Positions 36,771 to 45,297 of a stretch of 45,938 bases of DNA are shown piece by piece. Made by a program: the position numbers and the translations under genes. Every line of letters starts with the position of its first letter. The first letter of the stretch is position 1. The notes beneath the pieces were generated by a model. It was not told the origin of the DNA. It worked only from the letters and a program-made list of their open reading frames with translations, and did no database searches. The stretch is from Spirochaetota bacterium (GTDB lineage Bacteria > Spirochaetota > B62-G9 > DRHN01), in contig DATKZJ010000063.1 of assembly GCA_035527995.1 (NCBI GenBank), forward strand, positions 1-45,938, given 5' to 3'.

Positions 36771-37619
36771 TTAACCGCGAATGGCCTTGAGGTAATCGAC
36801 ACTCTTCTCGACGGCAGGGTCCTCATCTGCATAGCCAGGATGGAGGTAGTCTATTTCGACCGCGAAAAGGCCGCTGTAACCGGCTTCATTCAGCACTTCA
36901 GCAATACCTGGAATATCAACGACGCCATCCCCAACAGCCACGCTTGCGTAATGGTACCACTCGTCAGGGCTTACTCCATCAACAACGTCGACATCCTTGA
37001 CGTGTGTTGCGTAGATATGCCGGGCCATTTTCCTTGCAGCCTCCACAGGATCGTCGCCGATACGGAACGCATTTCCCGTATCGTATGTGACACCGAGATA
37101 CTCCGAGCCGACATTGTTTAGAATCTCCAGTATCTCATCTGCAGTAAAATCGAAATGGTTTTCCATTGCCAGCCTCACCCCCCGCTCCTCCGCCATAGCA
37201 GCCGGCTTCTTTAACAATTTCGAGAGACTGGCTATCTGGGGACCTCTGGGCTCGTTCCTGAAAGCAAGGCTTGACCCCACAATACGCATCACTTTCGCAC
37301 CGAGCAGCTCACATGTTCTGAACTGTTTTTTGAGATCATCAAACGCCTTGGGATTCTTACCACCCTCGTATCCGTCGGGATGTCCCCAGGCCGCGATGAC
37401 CTCCAGACCCCCTTCATCAGTGATCTCTTTCAGCTTCTTGAGGTACTTTTCATTCGTACTTTCGAAAAAACAGGTTTCAAGGGAAACACCGTCCACTCCC
37501 AGCTTAATTGCACGCCTGAGAAACTCTTCATAGCTCATCCTCCGTCCTGGATCCCTCTGCGTATCGTATACCTCGCCGAAATAGCGGTGATATGAATAGC
37601 TGTCGATTCCGATCTTCAT
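36771..37619 (-). CDS. Sugar phosphate isomerase/epimerase (xylose-isomerase-like TIM barrel)
   Basis: Start at ATG 37619, after GAGGAGG (MKIGIDSYSYH...). Typical AP-endonuclease-2/TIM-barrel blocks are present (LAMENH, HVKD). Confidence 0.8.
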   Translation of the reverse strand: MKIGIDSYSYHRYFGEVYDTQRDPGRRMSYEEFLRRAIKLGVDGVSLETCFFESTNEKYLKKLKEITDEGGLEVIAAWGHPDGYEGGKNPKAFDDLKKQFRTCELLGAKVMRIVGSSLAFRNEPRGPQIASLSKLLKKPAAMAEERGVRLAMENHFDFTADEILEILNNVGSEYLGVTYDTGNAFRIGDDPVEAARKMARHIYATHVKDVDVVDGVSPDEWYHYASVAVGDGVVDIPGIAEVLNEAGYSGLFAVEIDYLHPGYADEDPAVEKSVDYLKAIRG

Positions 37620-37736
37620 CGGTATACCTCCTCGCCCTTTACCCACAGGATTAATCGTCCCCTATGATTCTTTGTTCAGCACGAACATATATCCTGCTGT
37701 CAGCGGCAGGGAGCCTTTTACAGACCTCGCAGCTCT

Positions 37737-38708
37737 CTACCGGGCACGGTGCTCGTGTATAATGACTGCTACTATTATTACACCTCCAGTCACAACGTAC
37801 TGCCAGCTTGCCTCTACATGAAGCAGATTCAAACCGTTTGCTATGATGCCTAAAAGAAGCACCCCCATGAGTGTTCCCCACACACTGCCCCTTCCGCCTA
37901 CGAGCGGCGTTCCGCCGATAACGACAGCACCGATCGACTGAAGTTCAAATCCTGTCCCCATCGTAGGGATCGCCGAGCTTATTCTCGACGAAAGAACAAG
38001 AGATGCAAGTCCGGTAAGAAAGCCGCATATGATATAGAAAATTATTTTATACAACTTCACTTTAATCCCTGCAAGATAGGTGGTGTATTCGTTACCGCCG
38101 ATGGCATAGGCCTTTCTTCCGAGCCGCGTGTACTTCAGGATAAAAAAGCAGACGAGCATGACTGAAAAGAAGAGTATGACGATAAAGGGGATCTTCCCTA
38201 CCATCGCCCCTCCTATGTATTCGAACTTCTTTCCAAGGTCGGTGATTGGGTATCCCTCTGTTATGATTATAGCTACGCCCTGTAAAAGGGTCATAGTACC
38301 AAGAGTGAGGATGAACGGATGAGCGCGGGTCTGTGAGGCGAGCATTCCATTTATGAAACCGATAAAGCTCCCGAGGAGAAGTCCGAGGACGATCGGATAT
38401 CCCACAGGAACCCCCGCTTTGAGGAGTTTCCCGACAACACACGCTACAACGGAAATGGATGATCCCACTGAAAGATCAATGCCTCCCGAGATCATCAGAA
38501 TAGTCATTCCCATGGAGAGTATACCGAGTGTTGACACCTGCTGAAGTATGTTCCTGATGTTCCGGCCGGATAAGAACACCGGTGATGAGACACCCAGGAT
38601 GATAACGAGCAGTATGAGCACAAGAATGATTCCCCACTGCTGGAGCTTGAAGATCTGCCTGAACCTTCCAGCCCGGTTACCGCGTCCCGATGGATCTACC
38701 GATTTCAA
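37737..38708 (-). CDS. ABC monosaccharide transporter permease (RbsC-like)
   Basis: 323 aa, about 9-10 TM segments, with a GGIDLSVGS motif. It overlaps the ATPase gene end. Confidence 0.85.
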   Translation of the reverse strand: MKSVDPSGRGNRAGRFRQIFKLQQWGIILVLILLVIILGVSSPVFLSGRNIRNILQQVSTLGILSMGMTILMISGGIDLSVGSSISVVACVVGKLLKAGVPVGYPIVLGLLLGSFIGFINGMLASQTRAHPFILTLGTMTLLQGVAIIITEGYPITDLGKKFEYIGGAMVGKIPFIVILFFSVMLVCFFILKYTRLGRKAYAIGGNEYTTYLAGIKVKLYKIIFYIICGFLTGLASLVLSSRISSAIPTMGTGFELQSIGAVVIGGTPLVGGRGSVWGTLMGVLLLGIIANGLNLLHVEASWQYVVTGGVIIVAVIIHEHRAR

Positions 38709-40179
38709 AAGAAAGCACCTCCTCTCTTGTCGTTTCCAGTGTATTGAGCACTACGGCTGTCTTACCCTCTCTCATGACAACGATCCTGTGGCTCATGTTC
38801 AATAGCTCGTCAAGGTCCGATGAAACCATCAGGATCGCTTTTCCTTCATCAGACAGATTTTTCATGATGCGGTGTATCTCCTCCCTTGCGCCGACATCCA
38901 CCCCCTGTGTGGGCTCGTCCATTATAAATACCTCGATACCTCTGCATAGCCACTTCGCAACCATCACCTTCTGCCGGTTTCCACCGCTTAAGAACCGTAC
39001 TTCCTGACGTACCGACTTGGCTTGTATATCAAGGGTTTTCATGAACGCCTTGGAGAGTTCATTTTCATAGGATATATTGAGAAAAGGGCCACGGCTTATC
39101 TTCTTCAGGCTTGCAAGGGTTGTGTTGCCGGCCACGGTCATCGATGCGATCAGCCCTATGCTGTCTCTATCCTCTGGAACGAAACAGATCCCTTTCGAAA
39201 TAATGTTCTCCAGAGGCAGGCCCTGTATCTTTTCCCCATTCAGCAGCAGTCTGCCTTCATCGATCTCATCTATGCCCGCCATGGCCCGTACTACCTCGGT
39301 CCTTCCTGAACCTACCATCCCAGCGATTCCCACGATCTCACCTTCATGAAGCGCAATACTAATATCTTCAAAAGCGCCGGCACGCGAGATATTCTTCGCT
39401 TCATAGATCACCCTTTCTTTTGTTTCTCTCGCAATATGGGTAATAGACAGTTCCTCTCCAACCATGGCCTTGACGAGCATATCCTTGTCGATTTTCGAGA
39501 CCTCCTGCCCCATGACCTTCACACCGTCGCGCAGTACTGTCACTCTGTCGGCGATGGCAAAAATCTCATCCAGCCTGTGGGAGATGTATATAACCGAGAC
39601 CCCCTCCTGTTTCAAATGCTCGATTATTCTGAAGAGGTTGTCAATCTCCGCTCTCGTCAGGCTGGCAGTCGGTTCATCCATGATCACGATCTGTACTTTC
39701 CTGTAGAGAGCTTTCGCTATCTCAACGGCCTGCTGTGCTGCACTGCCCAGGGATGAGACGATACTCTGAGGGTTCAGTTCGAGATGAAGGTTGTGAAGAA
39801 TATCGGCGGCCTGCCTGTAAAGATTCTTCCACCTGATGACTCCCCACCTGTTTCCAGGCTCATTGCCGATCAGTATGTTTTCTCCCACACTGAGATGAGG
39901 AACCAGATTTCTTTCCTGATAAATTGTGAAAATACCCAGATCATGTGCCTTCCGGGGAGTCATATGTCCGTAGACGTTATTTTTATATACTATATCTCCG
40001 CCGTCCCTCTCATAAGCACCTGAAAGAATCTTAATGAGGGTTGATTTTCCCGCTCCATTCTCACCGACGATTGCGTGAACCTCTCCCTGCCTGAGATCGA
40101 AGTCGATATCAATAATCACACGCACGCCCGAAAAGCTCTTCGAAACTTTCCGTATTTCGAGAATTGTATCCCTCTTCAT
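38677..40179 (-). CDS. ABC monosaccharide transporter ATP-binding protein, duplicated cassette (RbsA-like)
   Basis: Start at ATG 40179 (MKRDTILEIRKVSKSF). Walker A motifs GENGAGKST and GMVGSGRTE, second signature LSGGNRQKV. Confidence 0.9.
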   Translation of the reverse strand: MKRDTILEIRKVSKSFSGVRVIIDIDFDLRQGEVHAIVGENGAGKSTLIKILSGAYERDGGDIVYKNNVYGHMTPRKAHDLGIFTIYQERNLVPHLSVGENILIGNEPGNRWGVIRWKNLYRQAADILHNLHLELNPQSIVSSLGSAAQQAVEIAKALYRKVQIVIMDEPTASLTRAEIDNLFRIIEHLKQEGVSVIYISHRLDEIFAIADRVTVLRDGVKVMGQEVSKIDKDMLVKAMVGEELSITHIARETKERVIYEAKNISRAGAFEDISIALHEGEIVGIAGMVGSGRTEVVRAMAGIDEIDEGRLLLNGEKIQGLPLENIISKGICFVPEDRDSIGLIASMTVAGNTTLASLKKISRGPFLNISYENELSKAFMKTLDIQAKSVRQEVRFLSGGNRQKVMVAKWLCRGIEVFIMDEPTQGVDVGAREEIHRIMKNLSDEGKAILMVSSDLDELLNMSHRIVVMREGKTAVVLNTLETTREEVLSFEIGRSIGTR

Positions 40180-40395
40180 CTTCCAATCCAGCCTCACTTC
40201 AATAACGACAGAACCAGCGGACCGCTGACTCGAAAAGGAGCAGGCAGGAGGATACAAGCACACCTGCCCTCCTCCCCCTGCCTGCCGTATTGACTAATAA
40301 CCGTATTCTACTTTCACTATAAACGTTTTCTTTTCAGGGCGCAACCACGATGTTTATACAGAAGGCTCACTTTCTTCCGGCAGAAGCCTTAAATA

Positions 40396-41421
40396 TCAAT
40401 AGCCGGCGCCCATTGCAAAATCATGTCTGAGATCATCCGCATCCAGCTTGATCGTCGCTTCGATCGATGCTGCGGTCGGCTCCCACGGTACAGCTTCGTC
40501 GATATTGTCCTTCGTGATAACCTTCATCGGCGTGATGGTCAGCTTCGGAACACTTTTACCTCTGATATGCTCGATCAGAAAACGTGTGGCAAGCGCTGCT
40601 TCCTGCGAGGGAGACCATCCTACTGTGGCCTGGATTCCCCCGGCGGCTATGGAGTCAAGCCCGTATGGCGCTCCATTCTGAGACACTATTGCCACCTTAT
40701 CAGCCATGCCAGCCTCTTCGAGTGCCTTTATGGCGCCGAGGGACATATCCTCATTCTGGACGAACACTGCTGCCAGATCGGGATAGCCGGTGATCAGGGT
40801 CTGCATCTGGTTGAACGCCTTCTGCCTGTTCCAGTCTCCAGGAACGGAAGCGACAACCTCGATATTTGCGTTCTTCTCAGCCTCTCTTATAAAGGCATCC
40901 CTGTAGCACTCGGCATCCCCTCTTCCGGGAAGACCCATGATTATCGCGACCTCCCCTCCCTGCATGTTCTTGGCAACCCAATTCCCCATGATGCTGCCGG
41001 AAAGGTTACAGTCGGCCTGGACCGAACCAACCATCTTGTCCATCAGATCTTCATTGTAGCCGAAGATCATCTGGATAGGGATATCGGCCTCATACGCCTT
41101 GTTGATACCCGCCGCAAGCGAAGAAACACTCACAGACATGAGAACGATGCCGTCCACCTGCTGTGTTATGGCATCCTCGACACTGGCGATCTCCTTCTCG
41201 GGCTTCATGTCCGAAACATACCCGAGAATATCAACGTCCATCGCCTCAGCCATCATCTTCGCTCCATCAAACCCGAACTTGTAGTAAGGCTCATTGGTCG
41301 GCCGTATATAGGCGATGCGTAACTTTTCCTCCTCCTTAGGTTCAGATCCTAAGAGCGATATCGCAATGCACGAAAACAGGAGCACAAAGATAAAAACCGT
41401 TACTACTCTTTTTCCGGTCAT
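40396..41421 (-). CDS. ABC monosaccharide transporter periplasmic binding protein (RbsB-like)
   Basis: Start at ATG 41421, after AGGAGG. A signal peptide is followed by a type-I periplasmic binding fold (RIAYIRPTNEPYY...). Confidence 0.85.
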   Translation of the reverse strand: MTGKRVVTVFIFVLLFSCIAISLLGSEPKEEEKLRIAYIRPTNEPYYKFGFDGAKMMAEAMDVDILGYVSDMKPEKEIASVEDAITQQVDGIVLMSVSVSSLAAGINKAYEADIPIQMIFGYNEDLMDKMVGSVQADCNLSGSIMGNWVAKNMQGGEVAIIMGLPGRGDAECYRDAFIREAEKNANIEVVASVPGDWNRQKAFNQMQTLITGYPDLAAVFVQNEDMSLGAIKALEEAGMADKVAIVSQNGAPYGLDSIAAGGIQATVGWSPSQEAALATRFLIEHIRGKSVPKLTITPMKVITKDNIDEAVPWEPTAASIEATIKLDADDLRHDFAMGAGY

Positions 41422-41623
41422 ATGAAAACCTCCTTTTTTACTCTCGATTTTTTTATGGGAAAACACTGTGCTTAACCCACCTCCTTTCAATGATATCTTT
41501 TTTCAGTCTCATTGATTTCTCCCTTTTTGATTCTTGCAATTTAACGCACAGTATTATACACTGTTTTACAATGTATTTACTTCCAAGATATTTCAGTGAA
41601 AGATTTTAAACATTTGGTGCCAT

Positions 41624-42637
41624 ATGGCCAATCCTCCTCCAATATATATTGAGGCGGGAAAAACCTATCATGTTGACACATGCAAACCTCTCATAAAAGC
41701 GTGTAAAGCAGGAAACGTCAAGCTGTACGCACTCGCCCGGGGGAGCTATCCCGGAAGAAGACTGGGCAAAACATCTCTGCCCGGAGTAAGCACCATAGGG
41801 TACTGGGATGCCGTTGGGAAACAGGACTGGGGGCTGGAATACCACCGTAACGAGGGGATTGAACTTACCTTTCTTGAAACCGGCAGAATACCGATCCTCG
41901 TTGAAAACCAGACATATTTACTGGAGCCTGGAGATTTGACTATTACTCGTCCCTGGCAGCCTCATAAGGTTGGCACACCCCACATCAGTGCCAGCCGCTT
42001 GCACTGGATAATTATCGATGTCGGTGTACGCAGGCCGAACCAGGAATGGAAATGGCCGAAGTGGCTTGTTCTGATCCAATCGGATATAAAAGTTTTGACA
42101 ACTATGTTGAGACATAATGAACAACCTGTATGGCGGGATGTTAATAACGAAATCAGGCACTGTTTTAAACAGATAGCAAAAGCTGTTGCCGAAAATCATA
42201 ACCGCAACAACATATCACGCATTACAGTTTTTTTAAACGAGCTTTTACTGCTGTTACTGGAAATGTTGAGGCAGCGGGGTATCAGCCTCAATCCATCACT
42301 GTCCAGCTCCCGCAGAAGTGTGGAGCTCTTTATGAATGAGCTATGCGGGAGCCTTGATAACCTCTCACACCCGTGGTCTATTGTAAACATGGCTGAACAT
42401 TGCGGCCTCGGAGTGACCTCCTTCATACAATACTGTAAACAATTAACCAACATGACTCCAACGCAGTTCCTTAACCAATCCAGGGTAGACGCTTCTGTAA
42501 AGCTGCTTATCGAGAAGCCTGAAATGAGTATCACAGATATAGCATTGACCTGCGGTTTTTCCTCGAGTCAATATTTTGCAACAGTCTTCAGGCGTTACAG
42601 GGGATGCTGTCCAAAACGCTTAAGGCTGAAGAATTAG
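41624..42637 (+). CDS. AraC-family transcriptional regulator (cupin sensor plus HTH)
   Basis: An N-terminal cupin-like barrel and a C-terminal double HTH (...MAEHCGLGVTSFIQYCKQLTNMTPTQFLNQSRVDASVKLL...ITDIALTCGFSSSQYFATVFRRYRGCCP). It is divergent from the ABC operon. Confidence 0.85.
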   Translation: MANPPPIYIEAGKTYHVDTCKPLIKACKAGNVKLYALARGSYPGRRLGKTSLPGVSTIGYWDAVGKQDWGLEYHRNEGIELTFLETGRIPILVENQTYLLEPGDLTITRPWQPHKVGTPHISASRLHWIIIDVGVRRPNQEWKWPKWLVLIQSDIKVLTTMLRHNEQPVWRDVNNEIRHCFKQIAKAVAENHNRNNISRITVFLNELLLLLLEMLRQRGISLNPSLSSSRRSVELFMNELCGSLDNLSHPWSIVNMAEHCGLGVTSFIQYCKQLTNMTPTQFLNQSRVDASVKLLIEKPEMSITDIALTCGFSSSQYFATVFRRYRGCCPKRLRLKN

Positions 42638-42786
42638 GACAATCCATCCGAAGAAAGCTCATGCCAATATTCGAATTAGGATCATCAGTATCCTTTACAG
42701 AAACCGGACCGAAATGTCTTCGCTCAAACCTTATAAAAATTGTATCTCTGTTTTGCAGCTTTCTGAAAAAATCATTCAACAACAGG

Positions 42787-42848
42787 GCTAAAATCATGTC
42801 TCGGCAGTATTTTATCTGTGTTTAGTGTGAATTGTGAGAAAGGGGGGC
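42787..42848 (-). repeat. Expanded copy of the intergenic repeat family
   Basis: The minus strand reads GCCCCCCTTTCTCACA-(insert)-GACATGATTTTAGC. The ends match the 35470-35517 copy, the interior differs, and no second hairpin arm is seen. Confidence 0.5.
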
Positions 42849-42864
42849 AGCCTATCTAATAAAA

Positions 42865-42903
42865 AACTCCCTAACTCTATGCGAGCCAGGGAGTTATTCT
42901 TTT
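42865..42903 (-). terminator. Intrinsic terminator following the tRNA fragment (bidirectional architecture)
   Basis: 8-bp stem AACTCCCT/AGGGAGTT (42865-42872 / 42888-42895). An A-run precedes it and a T-run follows it on the plus strand. On the minus strand it directly follows the tRNA 3' end and is followed by TTTTTTATT. Confidence 0.65.
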
Positions 42904-42948
42904 TAGCGGGGGCAGGACTTGAACCTGCGACCTTTGGGTTATGAGCCT
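42904..42948 (-). tRNA. 3' fragment (~45 nt) of an initiator-type tRNA-Met(CAT); 5' half absent
   Basis: The minus strand reads GGCTCATAACCCAAAGGTCGCAGGTTCAAGTCCTGCCCCCGCTA. This gives anticodon loop CTCATAA, CCC on the 3' side of the anticodon stem, variable loop AAGGTC, a T-arm GCAGG-TTCAAGT-CCTGC, a 3' acceptor strand and discriminator A. No D-arm or 5' acceptor strand (AGCGGGG) is present upstream. AT-rich foreign-looking DNA sits there instead. Confidence 0.65.
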
Positions 42949-43080
42949 AAATCTATATATTTCATGAGTTATGTAGTATTATGCTATATTATATTAGGTT
43001 ATTATATACCAATGAATTAAGGCAAGGCTGCTATTCCACCCAGTATACCCCAGCATTATGTATTACAACTTGGGATTCGA

Positions 43081-43102
43081 AGTTTTGTCCCAGTTTTGTC
43101 CC
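43081..43102 (+). repeat. Perfect tandem duplication AGTTTTGTCCC x2
   Basis: 43081-43091 and 43092-43102 are identical, between the tRNA fragment and the integrase remnant. Confidence 0.8.
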
Positions 43103-43186
43103 AAATAAAGATTTTTTAAGATGTCCGGTGCCTGTTTTTCAGGCAACAGTGTGGAATACTACTTCCTTTCCTGTGTTTTTGTTATT

Positions 43187-43438
43187 TTATAAAGATACAA
43201 CTGAATACTTATTGATTTTATCAAACTCCAAGGTCACTTGCCTTGTTGTCATCCCAGCCAGGTTATTCAGAAACAATCGAACTTCAGTAACACCCATTCC
43301 CTGAGGGTGCCGCATGTGATGAAAGCATATAAACCGGAAAATCCACTAAACTTAGGGATTTTCTGTTTTCAGAGAATAGTGTTTGATCCGTATTGTTTCA
43401 CTCAGTTGGTCTAGTAATTTGGGTTTCTGTTTATTCAT
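43187..43438 (-). pseudogene. Tyrosine recombinase (integron-integrase/XerD-like) N-terminal SAM-like domain remnant
   Basis: The minus-strand frame reads MNKQKPKLLDQLSETIRIKHYSLKTENP*V*WIFRFICFHHMRHPQGMGVTEVRLFLNNLAGM.... This mirrors LDQLRERIRxxHYSxRTExAYxxWIxRFIxFHxxRHPxxMGxxEVxxFLxxLA, with two in-frame stops (TAA, TAG). The catalytic domain is absent. Confidence 0.65.
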
Positions 43439-43700
43439 GCATCTCTCCTTGAAGATTATACATAGGTGAATAAACAGTAAAAGCGCAGTGTTTGTTCCAA
43501 TCAACTTGCATAGATGGAATAAATGTCTTAAAATGTGGATGAAAATGGAGTAAATTTAGTTAATAAACCGTTTTATTGACGTATAGTACCCCATTTGGGA
43601 GTGATGAGTAGCATTAAAAGGTCACAGTAGGTACTATACTTCATATCTGCAGTATACTCAATAGTTATGCTGTTAAGGAAGAAGGCCAAAGATAAACACC

Positions 43701-43790
43701 ATGGATCCTTCAACGTTTGCTCCCAATGTAATTCTAATAATGCTGATCGGCATTCTTCTAGTGGTATTGCCCGTCATAATAAAATCATGA
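43701..43790 (+). CDS. Possible 29-aa hydrophobic peptide
   Basis: MDPSTFAPNVILIMLIGILLVVLPVIIKS forms a single TM-like helix. It has no convincing RBS and is very speculative. Confidence 0.2.
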   Translation: MDPSTFAPNVILIMLIGILLVVLPVIIKS

Positions 43791-43805
43791 ACAAGGAGAG
43801 GGGAT

Positions 43806-43910
43806 ATGGCAGAAAAGGGAAAGAAAGACAAGGGCAAGAAAGAAAGACAAAAGAACGCGAAGTTGACACTTAAAGAGAAACGGAAACAGAAAAGAGAGAA
43901 AGACAAATAG
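43806..43910 (+). CDS. Possible 34-aa polybasic small protein
   Basis: ATG at 43806, 5-6 nt after AAGGAGAGGGG. The sequence is MAEKGKKDKGKKERQKNAKLTLKEKRKQKREKDK. The track lists a different overlapping frame (43667..43873) that lacks an RBS. Confidence 0.4.
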   Translation: MAEKGKKDKGKKERQKNAKLTLKEKRKQKREKDK

Positions 43911-44069
43911 AGTCAAAGAACAACGCAGCATAACCAATCGCTGCAGGGAACGCCATAAAAACTGGCGCCCCTAAGCTCAACGCTAGCCATCAAGATTGGA
44001 GTAAGAAGCACCTCCGTCCTTGAAGGAATGCTTTGGAACAGACCTTTCTAGACGCAGAAAGGATCAAAT

Positions 44070-44276
44070 ATGGCAGCAAGAAAGCGAGTCCACGACTTTG
44101 TTACAGCACTCATGACAAAATCCCCGAATGTTGGATCAGAATGGTACAAGGTCGACTGTCACTTCCACACTTAGGCATCTCCTGATTGCCGAACAGACCT
44201 GAACGCCATGATAGATCAGCTGGCACCTACATGGCATCGTCACACCATGGTTCCGCGGCCAAAGAGACAGTTCTAA
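44070..44276 (+). pseudogene. N-terminal fragment of a PHP-domain-type protein with an in-frame TAG
   Basis: MAARKRVHDFVTALMTKSPNVGSEWYKVDCHFHT*ASPDCRTDLNAMIDQL.... The W-x-K-x-D-x-H-x-H-T-x-x-S-x-D pattern is the metal-binding start of PHP-type domains. The stop is at 44172-44174 and the frame is lost about 44215. Confidence 0.35.
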
Positions 44277-44793
44277 GGATCCGATCCCTAAGATTTTCCG
44301 CTTCTATGATTTTGCAAAGCCCCTAAAATATACCTTTGATGATGAATTTTGGATGATTACGTCTTTCAGAAACAGAGCTCCTGCGATCGACCTTACACCG
44401 GAAACAGATAGACTAGACAAATGGCTGTTTTTAATGCAGCATCATCGACTTCCTACACATTTGTTAGACTGGACTGAAAGCTCTTTGATCGGGCTATTCT
44501 TCGCTCTGGAAAAGGATGCGGCAACTGATTCCGTTGTCTGGATGTTGAATCCCCTTGAGCTCAATAAGCTGACTACATGGGGATTGGAAGATGGCAGCGT
44601 TGTATTTCCTCTAGATAATTTTCCCAATACTTTGTCTTCAGGCAAGATTGGGTCGATTAACTTTGAATACTGCTTCAACAACATTAATGTCAACGAAATA
44701 AGCAATACTAAGAAGCTCGCAGGCAACACTTACTATCGATTGCATCCGGCAAAGACCGGAGCAGAATACAGGATGTTTGTGACAACATATTGA
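44215..44793 (+). pseudogene. FRG-domain protein remnant lacking a start codon
   Basis: The frame opens after a stop at 44212 and reads ...VTPWFRGQRDSSKDPIPKIFR...WLFLMQHHRLPTHLLDWTESSLIGLFFAL...VVWMLNP. This gives the FRGQ and QHxxLPTxLLDWT signatures. There is no in-frame ATG before 44353, and the C-terminal part is atypical and abuts the IS91 remnant. Confidence 0.6.
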
Positions 44794-45033
44794 AACTTTA
44801 TCTGAAAAGAAGTCTAAACAGACCTGGGCCAGATTGATAAAAAAGGTGTTTGAAGTAGACCCTAGTAGTTTTGGCGAATGCCAAAACTACACTGTGTCTG
44901 TCCTAAATGTGGTTCTGAGATGGCTGTGCTGGCCATTATTACAAACCCTGAAGAAGTACAGAAAATACTTAACCACCTCAGGAAGAATAAGTCTCCATCT
45001 TTTGATAATAAGAGCCACCCAAAAGCCTCTTAA
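44783..45033 (+). mobile_element. IS91-family (rolling-circle HUH) transposase C-terminal remnant, frameshifted
   Basis: Frame 1 reads ...EKKSKQTWARLIKKVFEVDP. Frame 2 reads CPKCGSEMAVLAIITNPEEVQKILNHLRKNK...*. Together they match the characteristic IS91 C-terminus (SWAxLLxRVFExDxxxCPxCGGxMxxIAxIxxxxxIxKILxHL). The upstream ~90% of the gene is absent. Confidence 0.6.
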
Positions 45034-45297
45034 TCATCATTTTGGCTTATTAAAAATCAATTCCCAGAGGGTGAGGCATGCCCGCTATTTTCCACATAAA
45101 TCCTTCCACAACTTTTAGCTATTCAAATTATCTTGATATACCAATATTTTTTATGTAGGATGGAAGCAAAATGGTAGTGAGTTGTGTTTGAAAAGTGATT
45201 TCTGCTACATGGTGGTTTTTTCACATGTGTTGTGTAGGTATTCTTGGGTTTTGGGAATTATAACAAATCCTATCAATTAAAGGAGGGAGACTGAATT

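Noticed and set aside
42981-43304. 107-aa plus-strand ORF in the AT-rich island margin
   Set aside because: It overlaps the antisense of the integrase remnant and the tandem 11-mer. It has no RBS, and its composition is typical of a random ORF in AT-rich DNA.
43187-44276. In-frame TAA/TAG codons in the integrase remnant and TAG in the PHP-like fragment as evidence for stop-codon reassignment (a recoded phage)
   Set aside because: Both TAA and TAG occur. The genes are also truncated and frameshifted, and the neighbouring small ORFs use TAG and TGA as normal stops. Ordinary pseudogene decay is the simpler explanation.
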